Of a stretch of DNA of 64,000 nucleotides, positions 19,420-31,677 are shown piece after piece. The DNA comes from Myxococcota bacterium (GTDB taxonomy: Bacteria > Myxococcota_A > UBA9160 > JAFDDA01): assembly GCA_965228475.1 (NCBI GenBank), contig OZ245817.1:672001-736000 (forward strand). The letters run 5' to 3'. The notes under the pieces were generated by a model. It was not told the DNA's origin. It made no database searches and worked only from the letters and a program-made list of their open reading frames with translations. Position 1 is the first letter of the stretch; each line of letters begins with the position of its first letter. The position numbers and the translations under genes were made by a program.

Positions 19420-19803
19420 ATGTTCCGGATTCCGGTCATCGCAGCCGTCCTGTTCGCGACGCTTCCCGCAGCGATCTGCGAAGCGGCCTGCACGCCGCCG
19501 GAGCCCGTGGCCCACGTGGCCTCGCTGCCCTGCCACGGCGCCCCGCCGATGGCAGAGCCGGAGCCCGGGCCGAGCCCGGCGCCCTCCAGCCACGATGCTG
19601 ACTGTCCGAGCTGCGCCCTCGACCTCGTCGTTTCCGGTGGGCCCGCCGGAGCGTCTTCTGCCCAGGCGGTCGCCGCGCTGACCCTTTCCACGCCCCAGAG
19701 CGCATCGCATGCGCTCGGAGCCGCTCGCGCCGTTCGCCCGGAACGTCCACCGGACCGGCTCCACTCTCCCTACGCCCGAAGCAACGCACCCCTCCTCCTC
19801 TGA
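19420..19803 (+). CDS. DUF2946-like Cys/His leader protein
   Basis: Signal-like N-terminus, CEAAC, PCHG, HDADCPSC, Pro-rich C-terminus (PERPP); precedes metal-binding genes. Confidence 0.6.
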   Translation: MFRIPVIAAVLFATLPAAICEAACTPPEPVAHVASLPCHGAPPMAEPEPGPSPAPSSHDADCPSCALDLVVSGGPAGASSAQAVAALTLSTPQSASHALGAARAVRPERPPDRLHSPYARSNAPLLL

Positions 19804-19879
19804 TCGCGGCCACGTCCGCCGAGCGGCTCCAGTCGCAGGCACCCGTGCGCCGACTCCACCGATCCATGAGGAGACTCCC

Positions 19880-20449
19880 ATGTTCCGAACGCTTCTATTG
19901 GCGATCGCCCTGGCGGCGGTCCCGTTTGCATCGGCCGCGTCCGACGACGACGGTCACGACCACGCTTCACCTGCGACCCACGAAACCCCCGTCCACGCCG
20001 AAGCCGGCGAGGTGGTGGTGGCCGTGAAGGGCCTCGTCTGTTCCTTCTGCGCCGTTGGCCTCGGCAAGCGCCTCGGCGAGCTCCCGGAGCTCGACCGCTC
20101 GCGCCACAACAAGGGCCTGCTCGTCGACGTCGACGCAGGGCTCGTACGCTTCGCGCTGCTCGAGGGGCAGCCTGCGCCCTTCCGGGCGATTGCCCGCGGC
20201 GTGAAGCGCGCCGGCTACGAAGCAAAGCGCTTCCACCTGCTCGTGGAGGGAAGCGCGTCGGAAGGCGGCGGCTTCGAGAGCGTCGTGCCGCCCCAGCGGT
20301 TCGTGCTGGCCGCCGCGCCTCCGCAGCCGCAGCCAGGTTCGTCGCTGCAGCTGAGGGTCGAGGCGGCGGACGTGGCAGAGCTCGACGACGGCGCCCCGGT
20401 GCCGGCGACCCCCGAGCCCCGAGCGGCGGCCCCCGATGCGAGGCCGTAG
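19880..20449 (+). CDS. Exported heavy-metal-associated (HMA) domain protein
   Basis: Signal peptide, His-rich DGHDH, VKGLVCSFC metal-binding loop, ..RAGY HMA end; GAGGAG SD. Confidence 0.75.
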   Translation: MFRTLLLAIALAAVPFASAASDDDGHDHASPATHETPVHAEAGEVVVAVKGLVCSFCAVGLGKRLGELPELDRSRHNKGLLVDVDAGLVRFALLEGQPAPFRAIARGVKRAGYEAKRFHLLVEGSASEGGGFESVVPPQRFVLAAAPPQPQPGSSLQLRVEAADVAELDDGAPVPATPEPRAAAPDARP

Positions 20450-21320
20450 CCGGGTCCTGCTCCGGAACCTCGTCGCGATCGCCGGGCTGCTCGCCGCCGC
20501 CGCCGCCCAGGCGCACCAGCCCGTGATGGACATGGCGCCGCGCTGGGAGGACGGGTTCGGCATCCAGGTGCGTCACGAGTATCGCACGAGCGACACCCTG
20601 CTCGACGGCGACGACGAGGTCTCGAACCCCCTCGACCGCGAGCGCACCATCCACACGACCTGGGTCGAAGCGGTCTACACCCTACAGCGGGAGGTTCGCT
20701 TCACCCTGAAGGTGCCGATCCTCGACCAGGAGCGGATCTCGAACGTCGGAGGGCAAGCGGTGCGAACGCGCGGCACGGGCCTCGGGGACGTGATCCTCGC
20801 GATGCCGCTCAAGAAGTACTGGAACCTCGAAGGCTGGACGGCGAACCTCGGCCTCACTCCGAGTGTTCGTCTGCCGACCGGCTCCACGGCGGATCGCTTC
20901 CCGACCGGCGACGGCAGCGTCGACGGCGCCCTGGGCCTGTCCTTCGCGGCCGAGTCCTTCCGGTACTACATGTTGGCCGACCTCTTCTACTGGAGGAACG
21001 GCCGCGGTGGCCGGGGCATCCACCGGGGCGATCAGCTCGGCTTCGACCTGAACCTGGGCCTCCACCCCTGGCATCGCAACGCCGACAACGCCGGGGTCTT
21101 CGTGATGCTCGACTTCGAGGCCCGCCGGGAAGCCCGCGGTCGAGACGACACGGCTTCCCGGCTCGGTGGCGAGCGCGTGAGCGCCGGGCCGATCCTGGTC
21201 GGCTACCGCGGCAACTGGATGGCCCGGGCCGAGGTGAAGTTCCAGGTCTGGGAGCGCGTCCGGGGTGTGCAGGTGAGCCACGGGACGCACTTCAACGTCG
21301 GGATCGGCGTGACGTTCTAG
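20436..21320 (+). CDS. Putative outer-membrane beta-barrel (MetA/SphA-like transporter family)
   Basis: Signal peptide (AQA|HQPVMDM), GLGDV, RLPTG, GDGSVD, C-terminal IGVTF beta-signal. Confidence 0.7.
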   Translation: MRGRSRVLLRNLVAIAGLLAAAAAQAHQPVMDMAPRWEDGFGIQVRHEYRTSDTLLDGDDEVSNPLDRERTIHTTWVEAVYTLQREVRFTLKVPILDQERISNVGGQAVRTRGTGLGDVILAMPLKKYWNLEGWTANLGLTPSVRLPTGSTADRFPTGDGSVDGALGLSFAAESFRYYMLADLFYWRNGRGGRGIHRGDQLGFDLNLGLHPWHRNADNAGVFVMLDFEARREARGRDDTASRLGGERVSAGPILVGYRGNWMARAEVKFQVWERVRGVQVSHGTHFNVGIGVTF

Positions 21321-21429
21321 GTGCGGAGGCCGGCGGCTCCCGGGGCATGCCCTGGGCAGCCGCCGGCCGGTTCGTCTTGTATATTCGCACCCTTACGGGC
21401 CTGCACGGCCCCGTGGAGGTTCGAGCATC

Positions 21430-24066
21430 GTGAGCGGCCCGACGAGCGGCAAAGAGATCCGGGAGGCGTTCCTCGCCTACTTCGAGCGCAACGGCCACCG
21501 GCGCGTGGCGAGCTCGTCGCTCATCCCCCAGGCCGATCCGACCCTGCTGTTCACCAACGCGGGCATGGTCCAGTTCAAGCGCGTCTTCCTCGGCGAGGAG
21601 TCGCGCGACTACGCGCGCGCGACGACCTCCCAGAAGGTCATGCGCGTCTCCGGAAAGCACAACGATCTCGAGAACGTCGGGCGCACGCCGCGGCACCACA
21701 CTTTCTTCGAGATGCTCGGAAACTTCTCCTTCGGCGACTACTTCAAGCAGGAGGCGATCGACTTCGCCTGGGAGCTGGTGACGGAGGGGTTCGCGCTCGA
21801 TCCGGCCCGCCTGGCGGTGAGCGTCTTCGAGGAGGACGACGAGGCCTTCGACCTCTGGCGCAACCGCATCGGCCTGCCCGAAGAGAAGGTCTACCGGCTC
21901 GGTGCCGAGGAGAACTTCTGGTCGATGGGCGACACCGGCCCGTGTGGGCCCTGCACCGAGATCCACATGGACTTCGGCCGCCCGGCGAGCTGCACCAACG
22001 ACGCCTGCGACCCCTCCTGCGACTGCGGGCGCTGGCTCGAGTTCTGGAACCTCGTCTTCATGCAGTTCAACCGCGACGCGAGCGGGGAGAAGGCGCCGCT
22101 GCCGAAGCCCTCGGTGGATACCGGCCTCGGCCTCGAGCGCATCGCGCAGATCCTCCAGGGCGCCTCGACGAACTACGAGACGGACCTCTTCACGCCGATC
22201 CTCACCCGCATCCAGGACGTCGCGGGCAAGCGGCTCGGCGAAGACCCGGAGCTCGACGTCTCCATGCGCATCGTCGCGGACCACGCGCGGGCCTGCACCT
22301 TCCTGATCGGCGACGGCGTGCTGCCCTCGAACGAAGGCCGCGGCTACGTGCTGCGCCGCATCCTGCGCCGCGCGGCGCGCCAGGGCGCTGCCCTCGATCT
22401 CGACCGGCCGTTCCTCTACGAAGTCGCGGACACCGTCGTCGACGAGATGGAAGGCGCCTACCCGGACCTCTCCGAGCGCCGCGCCTACATCACCGGCCGC
22501 ATCCGCAGCGAGGAGGAGCGCTTCCTCGAGACCCTGTGGAAGGGGCTCTCGCTGCTCGAAGACGAGATCCAGGGGCTCGGCGGCGAGCGACAGCTGCCGG
22601 GCGAGGTGGTCTTCAAGCTCTACGACACCTACGGCTTCCCGCTCGACCTGACCGAGGACATCCTCTCGGGGAAGGGGCTCTCTCTCGACCGGGCCGGCTT
22701 CCAGGAGGCGATGGAGGCCCAGCGCGCCCGCGCGCGGGCGGCCTGGAAGGGCAGCGGCGACACGCGAATCGACGAAGTCTACGGCGAGCTCGCCGGCGAG
22801 TTCGCGACCGCCTTCCGCGGATACGAGACCCTCGACGCCGCCTCGACCGTGCGCGCGCTCGTGGTCGGCGGCGCCCGCGCGGAGCGCGCGGAAGCGGGCG
22901 GCGAAGTCTCGATCGTCGTCGACGAGACCCCCTTCTACGCCGAGAGCGGCGGCCAGGTCGGCGACCGCGGCACGCTCACGACGCCGGGCGGCCGTGTCGA
23001 GATCCAGGACACCCAGCGTCCGACGGGCGACCTCGTCGTGCACGTCGGCAAGGTCGTCGAGGGGAGCATCGCCGTCGGCGAGCTCGCCGAGCTCACCGTC
23101 GACGGCGAAGCGCGCGGCGCCACCGTGCGAAACCACTCGGGCACCCACATCCTGCACGCGGCCCTGCGCGCGGTGCTCGGCCCCCAGGCGATGCAGAAGG
23201 GCTCGCTCGTCTCCCCCGAGCGCCTGCGCTTCGACTTCACCCACGACCAGCCGCTCACCGAGACGGAGCTGCGCCAGATCGAAGACCTCGCCAACCGCTG
23301 GATCGAAGAGAACCACGCCGCCGAGGTGCGCTTCCTGAGCTACGACGAAGCGGTCCAGAGCGGTGCCATCGCCCTGTTCGAGGAGAAGTACGGCGACGTC
23401 GTGCGCGTCGTGTCCTTCGGGCCGTCGACGGAGCTCTGCGGCGGCACCCACGCCGGCGCGAGCGGCGACATCGGCTTCCTGAAGGTGTTCTCCGAGACGG
23501 GCATCGCCGCCGGCGTGCGCCGGATCGAGGCGGTGACGGGCCTCGGGGCCCTGGCCCACGTTCGCGGCCAGGAGGATCTCCTGCGCGAGACCGCGAGCTT
23601 CCTGCGCGCGCCCGTCGCGGAGATCCCGACGCGCGTCGAGAAGCTGCTCGAAGAAAAGCGCCAGCTCGAGCGCGAGCTCGAAGCCGTGCGCGCCGAGAGC
23701 CGGGGCGCCGCTTCGGGCGAACTCGTCGAGCAGGCCCGCGAACTCGCCGGCGTGAAGGTCCTGGCCACGCGCTTCGACGACGTCAACCCGAAGGAGCTGC
23801 GCAACCTCGTCGACGACCTGCGCGGCCGCCTCGGGTCCGGCATCGTGCTCGTCGCGGCGCCCTCGGGCGGCAAGGTCCCGATCGCCCTCGGCATCACCCA
23901 GGACCTCGTCGGCCGCTTCAAGGCGGGCGACCTGATCCGCGAGGTCGCCGGCGTGCTCGGCGGGAAGGGCGGGGGCCGGCCCGATTTCGCCCAGGCCGGC
24001 GGCACCGACGTCGCCAAGCTCGACGAGGCCTTCGAGCGCCTCTACGCCCTCGTCGAGGGCGCCTAG
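21430..24066 (+). CDS. alaS: Alanine--tRNA ligase
   Basis: DPTLLFTNAGMVQFK, HHTFFEMLGNFSFGDYFK, GPCGPCTE, NHSGTH, ELCGGTH, GGKGGG..AQAGG. Confidence 0.99.
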   Translation: MSGPTSGKEIREAFLAYFERNGHRRVASSSLIPQADPTLLFTNAGMVQFKRVFLGEESRDYARATTSQKVMRVSGKHNDLENVGRTPRHHTFFEMLGNFSFGDYFKQEAIDFAWELVTEGFALDPARLAVSVFEEDDEAFDLWRNRIGLPEEKVYRLGAEENFWSMGDTGPCGPCTEIHMDFGRPASCTNDACDPSCDCGRWLEFWNLVFMQFNRDASGEKAPLPKPSVDTGLGLERIAQILQGASTNYETDLFTPILTRIQDVAGKRLGEDPELDVSMRIVADHARACTFLIGDGVLPSNEGRGYVLRRILRRAARQGAALDLDRPFLYEVADTVVDEMEGAYPDLSERRAYITGRIRSEEERFLETLWKGLSLLEDEIQGLGGERQLPGEVVFKLYDTYGFPLDLTEDILSGKGLSLDRAGFQEAMEAQRARARAAWKGSGDTRIDEVYGELAGEFATAFRGYETLDAASTVRALVVGGARAERAEAGGEVSIVVDETPFYAESGGQVGDRGTLTTPGGRVEIQDTQRPTGDLVVHVGKVVEGSIAVGELAELTVDGEARGATVRNHSGTHILHAALRAVLGPQAMQKGSLVSPERLRFDFTHDQPLTETELRQIEDLANRWIEENHAAEVRFLSYDEAVQSGAIALFEEKYGDVVRVVSFGPSTELCGGTHAGASGDIGFLKVFSETGIAAGVRRIEAVTGLGALAHVRGQEDLLRETASFLRAPVAEIPTRVEKLLEEKRQLERELEAVRAESRGAASGELVEQARELAGVKVLATRFDDVNPKELRNLVDDLRGRLGSGIVLVAAPSGGKVPIALGITQDLVGRFKAGDLIREVAGVLGGKGGGRPDFAQAGGTDVAKLDEAFERLYALVEGA

Positions 24067-24070
24067 CGCG

Positions 24071-26050
<1,980 letters not shown>

Positions 26051-26077
26051 CGCGGGCGACGCGCCCGCGGCCCAGGC

Positions 26078-26581
26078 TCAGCGCGGCGGCGGCGCGGCGA
26101 CGTCGGCTCCGCCCGCCGCGCGGCGGGCTTCGTCGAGGGCGGCCAGGGCCTGGGAATCCGCGAAGACCGCGTGGTCGCGCCCCACGAGCGCGGTCCCGAG
26201 CCAGAGCAGGAGCCCCGCCACGAGCAGCCCCTCGGCCGTGCCGAGGATGCCCCCGCCGAGCCGGTCCGCCCAGCCGAGGCCCACCGCCCGCACGCCCTTG
26301 CGCAGCATGCGCCCGGCGAAGCCGACGCACACCATCACCGCCACGACCAGCAGGACGGCCGCGGTGACCTTCAGCGCGAAGGGACTCCAATCCAGGCTGA
26401 ACTCGAGGGCGAGGCGCTCGGCCAGCGGGTCCATGAAGACGCGGACGGCGATCACCGCGCCGGCCAGGGCCGCGATCGAGAAGGACTCCCGGATCAGGCC
26501 GAGGAACAGGCCGCGCAGGAGTGCGATGGCCAGCACCGCCACCACGACCACGTCCACCGCTGAAAGCCCGCTCTCGCTCAC
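26078..26581 (-). CDS. cvpA: CvpA family membrane protein
   Basis: RGLFLGLIRE, GLGWADRLGGGILG; four TM segments. Confidence 0.88.
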   Translation of the reverse strand: MSESGLSAVDVVVVAVLAIALLRGLFLGLIRESFSIAALAGAVIAVRVFMDPLAERLALEFSLDWSPFALKVTAAVLLVVAVMVCVGFAGRMLRKGVRAVGLGWADRLGGGILGTAEGLLVAGLLLWLGTALVGRDHAVFADSQALAALDEARRAAGGADVAAPPPR

Positions 26582-26654
26582 GGCAGCATTCTAGTAAACG
26601 GGGCCGCCGGATGTCCCGGCGGCCCCGTCGTAGGTTCGATGTGCGGTTTCGCGG

Positions 26655-27449
26655 CTAGTTCGCGGCGGGCACGAACTCCCGAGCCGCCTCGGCGAACTCG
26701 GTGCCGTCGTAGTTGTTCAGGATCACCTCGAAGATGCGCGTGGCCTCGCTGTCGAGGTTCATCTTCGAGTAGCAGGTGCCGAGCTTGTAGAGCGCCTGCC
26801 CGTCGAGCCCGAGGCCCGGGAAGTCGTTCAGCACCTTGCGGAAGCGGTCGGCCGCGGACTGGAACTCTTCGCGATCCATGTAGAAGTCGCCGACGCCCAT
26901 CTCGTGCTCGGCGAGCCGCATGCGCATCTCGCGCCAGAGAACCTCGGCCTCCTGGGCCTCCGGCGAGTACGGGTAACGCGCGAGCAGCTGCTCGAGGTGC
27001 TCGAGGGCGTTGTGCGTGTTCGTCTGGTCGCGGTTCGAGGCGAGAGCCTGGTGCTTGCGGCAGAGCGCCGAGCGCAGCACCGAGTAGGGGACTCGCTCGT
27101 GGGAGGGGTGGAGCTCCGCGAAGTCGCGGTAGTAGGAGAGCGCCTCTTCCCACTTGCCCTGGTCGTAGTAGGTGTCGGCGATCTTCAGCTCGGCGAGCAC
27201 CGCGTAGTCGCTGTAGGGGTAGTTGTCGACGATGGTCTGGAAGATCTCGATGGCCTGCTCGTGGTCGGCCTTCGGGATGACGCCGAGCATCTTGCCGTCT
27301 TCGAGGGCTTCGATGCCCTGGCGGTAGAGCACGTCGGCCGTGGGGACTTCCTGGAACTCCGCGGCGTTGTCGGCGCAGCCGGCCGAGAGGGTGAGCGCCA
27401 GCGTGGCTGCGGCAACCCGGAGGGCGGTTCGGAAATGCCCCTTTACCAT
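26655..27449 (-). CDS. bamD: Outer membrane protein assembly factor BamD
   Basis: Lipobox SAG-C, TPRs (YPYSDYAVLAELKIAD, HPSH, RDQT, LAEHEMGVGDFY); GGAG SD. Confidence 0.9.
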   Translation of the reverse strand: MVKGHFRTALRVAAATLALTLSAGCADNAAEFQEVPTADVLYRQGIEALEDGKMLGVIPKADHEQAIEIFQTIVDNYPYSDYAVLAELKIADTYYDQGKWEEALSYYRDFAELHPSHERVPYSVLRSALCRKHQALASNRDQTNTHNALEHLEQLLARYPYSPEAQEAEVLWREMRMRLAEHEMGVGDFYMDREEFQSAADRFRKVLNDFPGLGLDGQALYKLGTCYSKMNLDSEATRIFEVILNNYDGTEFAEAAREFVPAAN

Positions 27450-27708
27450 GGTGTCTCCCTTCAGAAACGGCGCCCGCGGCGAGCGGGAACCCAAGCCCAC
27501 ATGAAAGACCACGAGGGCCTCGAAAGCAAGCGAAAACGCTATCGAAACGCCCGACTTGCCGCCAACTCTGCTACGTTCCGCGCAAGCTCCCGGGCGGCCT
27601 CCGCCCGACGTGCCAGGAACCGCCCGGCGCCGGCTCGAGCGGGCCCGATCCGGGTGGCCCTGACGGGTCCGGGCGCCGGACCAACGAAGAATCGAGGGGG
27701 ACTCTCGC

Positions 27709-27897
27709 ATGATCGACCGCCACATCCGCGACTTGAGGCTCGACCGCCGGCTGCTCGACCGCCGTGGGTGGATCTCCGCCCACGATCTCGAGGAGGCGCT
27801 CTCCTCGCTCCCCGACGTGGCGGACAAGGGCGAGCTGGTGACCGACGAGGAGGCGTCCGCCCGCCCGGCCTCGAGCGACCCCCTCGCCACGCTCTGA
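27709..27897 (+). CDS. Small hypothetical protein
   Basis: 62 aa, GAGGGG SD, host-like codon usage, DRRLL..GWIS...LSSLPDV pattern. Confidence 0.65.
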   Translation: MIDRHIRDLRLDRRLLDRRGWISAHDLEEALSSLPDVADKGELVTDEEASARPASSDPLATL

Positions 27898-27938
27898 GCG
27901 AGCGAGCTTTCTGACCCCAGGCACTGGAGGCACCCGCC

Positions 27939-28568
27939 GTGCTGAAGGCCAAGATCGGCAAGGCCGTCGACCCGGCGGTCCGCAAAGTCTTCCCCTTCCT
28001 GTTCAAGCGGCCCATCAACCCGAACCTGCTGACGGTCGTGGGGACGGTGATCTGCATGGCGTCGGCGGTGGCCTTCGCCTTCGACCCGTTCTGGGGCGCG
28101 GTCATCCTGTGCCTGGGCGGGCTGTTCGACCTCGTCGACGGCGTCGTGGCCCGGCACCACGGGACCGAGTCGAACTACGGCGCCTGGCTCGATTCCACCC
28201 TCGACCGCCTCGTCGACATGACGATCCTGCTCGGGCTGCTGATGTTCTACGCCCGGGCCGGAGAGCCCGGCCTCGTGCTGCTGGTCGGCTGGGTGCTCGT
28301 GGCGAGCGTGATGGTCTCTTACGCCAAGGCCCGCGCCGAGCGCTTCGTCGAGCGCTTCGAGGGCGGCATCATGGAGCGGGCCGAGCGCATGGGCCTCGTG
28401 GCCCTGGGCGCGCTCACGGGCTTCCTCCAGCCGCTCCTGTGGGTCGTGGCCATCGGGTCGACGATCACCGTCATCCAGCGCTTCGGCCTCGCCTACCGCC
28501 TGATGAACGCCCTCGAGAGGGGGCCGGAGGGCTCCGTCGGCGACCAGCCGACCACGAGCGTTTCCTGA
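27939..28568 (+). CDS. CDP-alcohol phosphatidyltransferase (PIP-synthase-like)
   Basis: PNLLT, DLVDGVVAR..G...GAWLDSTLDR signature, SYAKARAE, GIMERAER. Confidence 0.88.
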   Translation: MLKAKIGKAVDPAVRKVFPFLFKRPINPNLLTVVGTVICMASAVAFAFDPFWGAVILCLGGLFDLVDGVVARHHGTESNYGAWLDSTLDRLVDMTILLGLLMFYARAGEPGLVLLVGWVLVASVMVSYAKARAERFVERFEGGIMERAERMGLVALGALTGFLQPLLWVVAIGSTITVIQRFGLAYRLMNALERGPEGSVGDQPTTSVS

Positions 28569-28576
28569 GGCGCGCG

Positions 28577-28849
28577 ATGGCCGACCCGACGCTGCCCAAG
28601 ATCGATTTCTCGACCTTCATCCTCTCGCTCTCGACCTCGGCGCTCTACCACCTCGGCCTGGCCGAGGATCCGGCGACCGGCGAGAAGGGCGAGACGGACC
28701 TGCCCCTCGCGAGCCAGGTGATCGACACCCTCTCCCTGCTCCAGGAGAAGACCCGAGGCAACCTCGATCCCGAGGAGGAGCGCCTGCTCACGAGCCTGCT
28801 CTACGACCTGCGCATGCGCTACGTCGAAGTGGGGCAGGCGAAGTCCTAG
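28577..28849 (+). CDS. DUF1844 domain protein
   Basis: FSTFILSLSTSALYHLG, IDTLSLLQEKTRGNL, LYDLRMRYV. Confidence 0.9.
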   Translation: MADPTLPKIDFSTFILSLSTSALYHLGLAEDPATGEKGETDLPLASQVIDTLSLLQEKTRGNLDPEEERLLTSLLYDLRMRYVEVGQAKS

Positions 28850-29790
28850 TGGGCACGCGCCGGCTCTTGGCACCCGCCAAGCTGAACCTCGGTCTGCGCA
28901 TCGTCGGCGTCCGGGCCGACGGCTACCACGAGCTCTCGAGCCTCTTCGTTCCGCTCGATCTGGCGGACGAGGTCACCGTCGAGGTGGCGCCCGCCGAGCG
29001 GGCCCGGGTGACGATCGAGGTCGAGGCGGCGGCCGGCGTCCCGGGGGACGTGCCCGCGGATTCGAGCAACCTCGCCGCCCGGGCCGCCCTGGCGTTCCTC
29101 GAGGCCGCGGGCCTCGCGGCCGCGGTCCACATCCGGCTCGAGAAGCGGATCCCGTCGCCCGGGGGCCTCGGGGGCGGGTCGAGCGACGCCGCGGCGGTTC
29201 TCCGGGCTCTGGCCGCCGAGTTCCCGGGAGCCCTGGCCGGGGAACGGCTGGAGAGCCTGGGCCTCGGCCTCGGGGCCGACGTGCCCTTCTTCCTGGGCCC
29301 CGGCGGCGAGGGGCCCGTGCCCGCCCGGGTCGAAGGCATCGGGGAGCGGGTCGCCCCGGCCCCCGGGGTCCCGAGCCTCGCCGCGGCCCTCGTCCACGCC
29401 GGCCCGCCGCTCGAAACCGCCCGCGTCTACGCGGAGTTCGACGCATCGGGGGCTTCGTTGACTGGCGAAAGGGCACCCACTACGATGCCGGCGCCCGCGG
29501 GCTGGCTCGCGGCGGACTGGCTCTCCACCTTGCTCGTGAACGATCTCGAGGCGCCCGCCACGCGGCTGGCTCCGGGAATCGCTCCGCTCCGGGAGGCCCT
29601 CGCCGCCGCCGGTGCTCGCGGGGTCGGGCTGAGCGGAAGCGGCCCGACGCTCTTCGGTATCTTCCCCGATGCGTCGTCCGCGTCGGAGGCGTTGTCGGGA
29701 GCGCGCTTGCGCGAAGAACTCGCCCGAACGGGAGCCGCGCAAGCCTTCACGGGCGTGGCCCGGACCGTCGCCTCGGGTGAGGCGCGGTAG
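28849..29790 (+). CDS. ispE: 4-diphosphocytidyl-2-C-methyl-D-erythritol kinase
   Basis: [47 protein letters not shown]. Confidence 0.95.
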   Translation: MGTRRLLAPAKLNLGLRIVGVRADGYHELSSLFVPLDLADEVTVEVAPAERARVTIEVEAAAGVPGDVPADSSNLAARAALAFLEAAGLAAAVHIRLEKRIPSPGGLGGGSSDAAAVLRALAAEFPGALAGERLESLGLGLGADVPFFLGPGGEGPVPARVEGIGERVAPAPGVPSLAAALVHAGPPLETARVYAEFDASGASLTGERAPTTMPAPAGWLAADWLSTLLVNDLEAPATRLAPGIAPLREALAAAGARGVGLSGSGPTLFGIFPDASSASEALSGARLREELARTGAAQAFTGVARTVASGEAR

Positions 29791-29845
29791 GAAGCGGACG
29801 CGGCAGCGCACGGATTTCGGGCGTCGCCGAAGGGGCGACGCGCCT

Positions 29846-29920
<75 letters not shown>

Positions 29921-29936
29921 TCAGGAAGACCGAACG

Positions 29937-30875
29937 ATGCAGCAGCTCAAGCTCTTTGCCGGGAACTCGAACCCGGATCTCGCCCGCGCCATCGCGCGCG
30001 AGCTGGGCCAGGAGCTCGGCCACGCCGAAGTGACCCGCTTCAGCGACGGCGAGATCAGCGTCGAGATCGGCGACAACGTGCGCGGCATGGACTGCTTCGT
30101 CCTGCAGAGCACCTCGACGCCGGCCAACCGCCACCTGATGGAGCTGCTGATCATGACGGACGCGCTGCGCCGCGCGTCCGCCCGCCGCATCACCGCGGTG
30201 GTTCCCTACTACGGCTATTCGCGGCAGGATCGGAAGGTCTCGCCGCGCGCGCCCATCACCGCCAAGCTCGTTGCGGACCTCCTGACGGCGGCGGGCATCT
30301 CGCGCGTGCTGTGCCTCGACCTCCACGCGGGCCAGATCCAGGGCTTCTTCAACATCCCCGTCGACAACCTCTACGCGCGGCCGATCCTGCTCGACGCGAT
30401 CGGCCGGCGCTTCCCGCAGGACGTCACGATCGTCTCGCCGGATGCCGGCGGCGTGGAGCGCGCCCGCGCCTACGCGAAGCGGCTCGACGCCCCGCTGGCG
30501 ATCATCGACAAGCGGCGGGAGCGGGCGAACGTCTCCGAGGTCATGCACGTGATCGGCGAAGTCGGCGACCGCAACTGCGTGCTGGTCGACGACATGGTCG
30601 ACACCGCCGGCACCCTGGCCCAGGCGGCGACGGCCCTCTCGAAGGAAGGCGCGCGCTCCGTGGTCGCGGCCATCACCCACCCGGTGCTCTCGGGGCCGGC
30701 CATCAAGCGCCTCGACGAGTCGCCCCTCGAGAAGCTCATCACCACCGATTCGATCCCCCTTCGCGACGACGCGAAGGAGTCTCAGAAGATCGAGGTCGTC
30801 TCCACCGCCAAGCTGCTGGCGGAGTCGATCCGGCGCATCAACAACGAAGAGAGCGTGAGCTCGCTCTTCGCCTGA
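29937..30875 (+). CDS. prs: Ribose-phosphate pyrophosphokinase
   Basis: [45 protein letters not shown]. Confidence 0.98.
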   Translation: MQQLKLFAGNSNPDLARAIARELGQELGHAEVTRFSDGEISVEIGDNVRGMDCFVLQSTSTPANRHLMELLIMTDALRRASARRITAVVPYYGYSRQDRKVSPRAPITAKLVADLLTAAGISRVLCLDLHAGQIQGFFNIPVDNLYARPILLDAIGRRFPQDVTIVSPDAGGVERARAYAKRLDAPLAIIDKRRERANVSEVMHVIGEVGDRNCVLVDDMVDTAGTLAQAATALSKEGARSVVAAITHPVLSGPAIKRLDESPLEKLITTDSIPLRDDAKESQKIEVVSTAKLLAESIRRINNEESVSSLFA

Positions 30876-30912
30876 TCTTTCGAGTCGGCCGAGCCGACCC
30901 CAGGAGAACACC

Positions 30913-31608
30913 GTGTCCGATACCACCATCGAAGTCGAAGCCCGCGAGGGCGTGGGCAAGGGCGTCGCCCGCAAGCTGCGCGCCGCCGGGAAGATCCCCG
31001 CCGTGTTCTACGGCGGCGGCCGGGAGGCCGTGCCGGTCTCCCTCGACCCCGCGCGCCTGCAGAAGGTGCTCCATGCCAGCGAGACCGGGCTGAACACGCT
31101 GCTCGACCTCGCGGGTTCGGGCAACGCCGCCGTCGACGGCAAGACCGCGATGGTGCGCGAGCTCCAGCGCGACCCGATCAAGGGCACCTTCATCCATGCG
31201 GACCTCTACGAAGTCGACCTCAGCCAGAAGATCGAGGTCGAGGTCCCGCTCCACGTGACGGGGAAGGCCATCGGCGTCGAGAACGGCGGCGTGCTCGACC
31301 AGGCGCTGCGCGAGCTCGAGATCAAGTGTCTGCCCCGGGCCATCCCGGACGAGATCTCGGTCGACGTGACGAGCCTCGACATGGGCGACAACCTCCACGT
31401 GCGCGACATCGAGCTGCCGGACGGCGTCGAGCTGATCTCCGACGGCGACCTCTCGGTCGTGTCGGTCGTCGCGCCGGTGAAGGAAGAGGACCTCGTCGCC
31501 GACACGGGCGAAGAGGCCGACGCCGCAGCCGCCGCGCCGGACGCGGAAGCCGAGGGCGATGCCCCGGCCGCCGCCGAGGGCGAGGGAGAGAAGAAGGACG
31601 GCGAGTAG
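30913..31608 (+). CDS. rplY: 50S ribosomal protein L25/Ctc
   Basis: GKGVARKLR..GKIPAVFYG, QRDPI...HADL, GGVL, IPDEI; acidic tail. Confidence 0.96.
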   Translation: MSDTTIEVEAREGVGKGVARKLRAAGKIPAVFYGGGREAVPVSLDPARLQKVLHASETGLNTLLDLAGSGNAAVDGKTAMVRELQRDPIKGTFIHADLYEVDLSQKIEVEVPLHVTGKAIGVENGGVLDQALRELEIKCLPRAIPDEISVDVTSLDMGDNLHVRDIELPDGVELISDGDLSVVSVVAPVKEEDLVADTGEEADAAAAAPDAEAEGDAPAAAEGEGEKKDGE

Positions 31609-31677
31609 CATCGCCCGCCCCGACGTTCGCGTGCCCACGCCGTCCGCCCCGGCTTCGTCGTGGCCCGAGCGCGCGCG

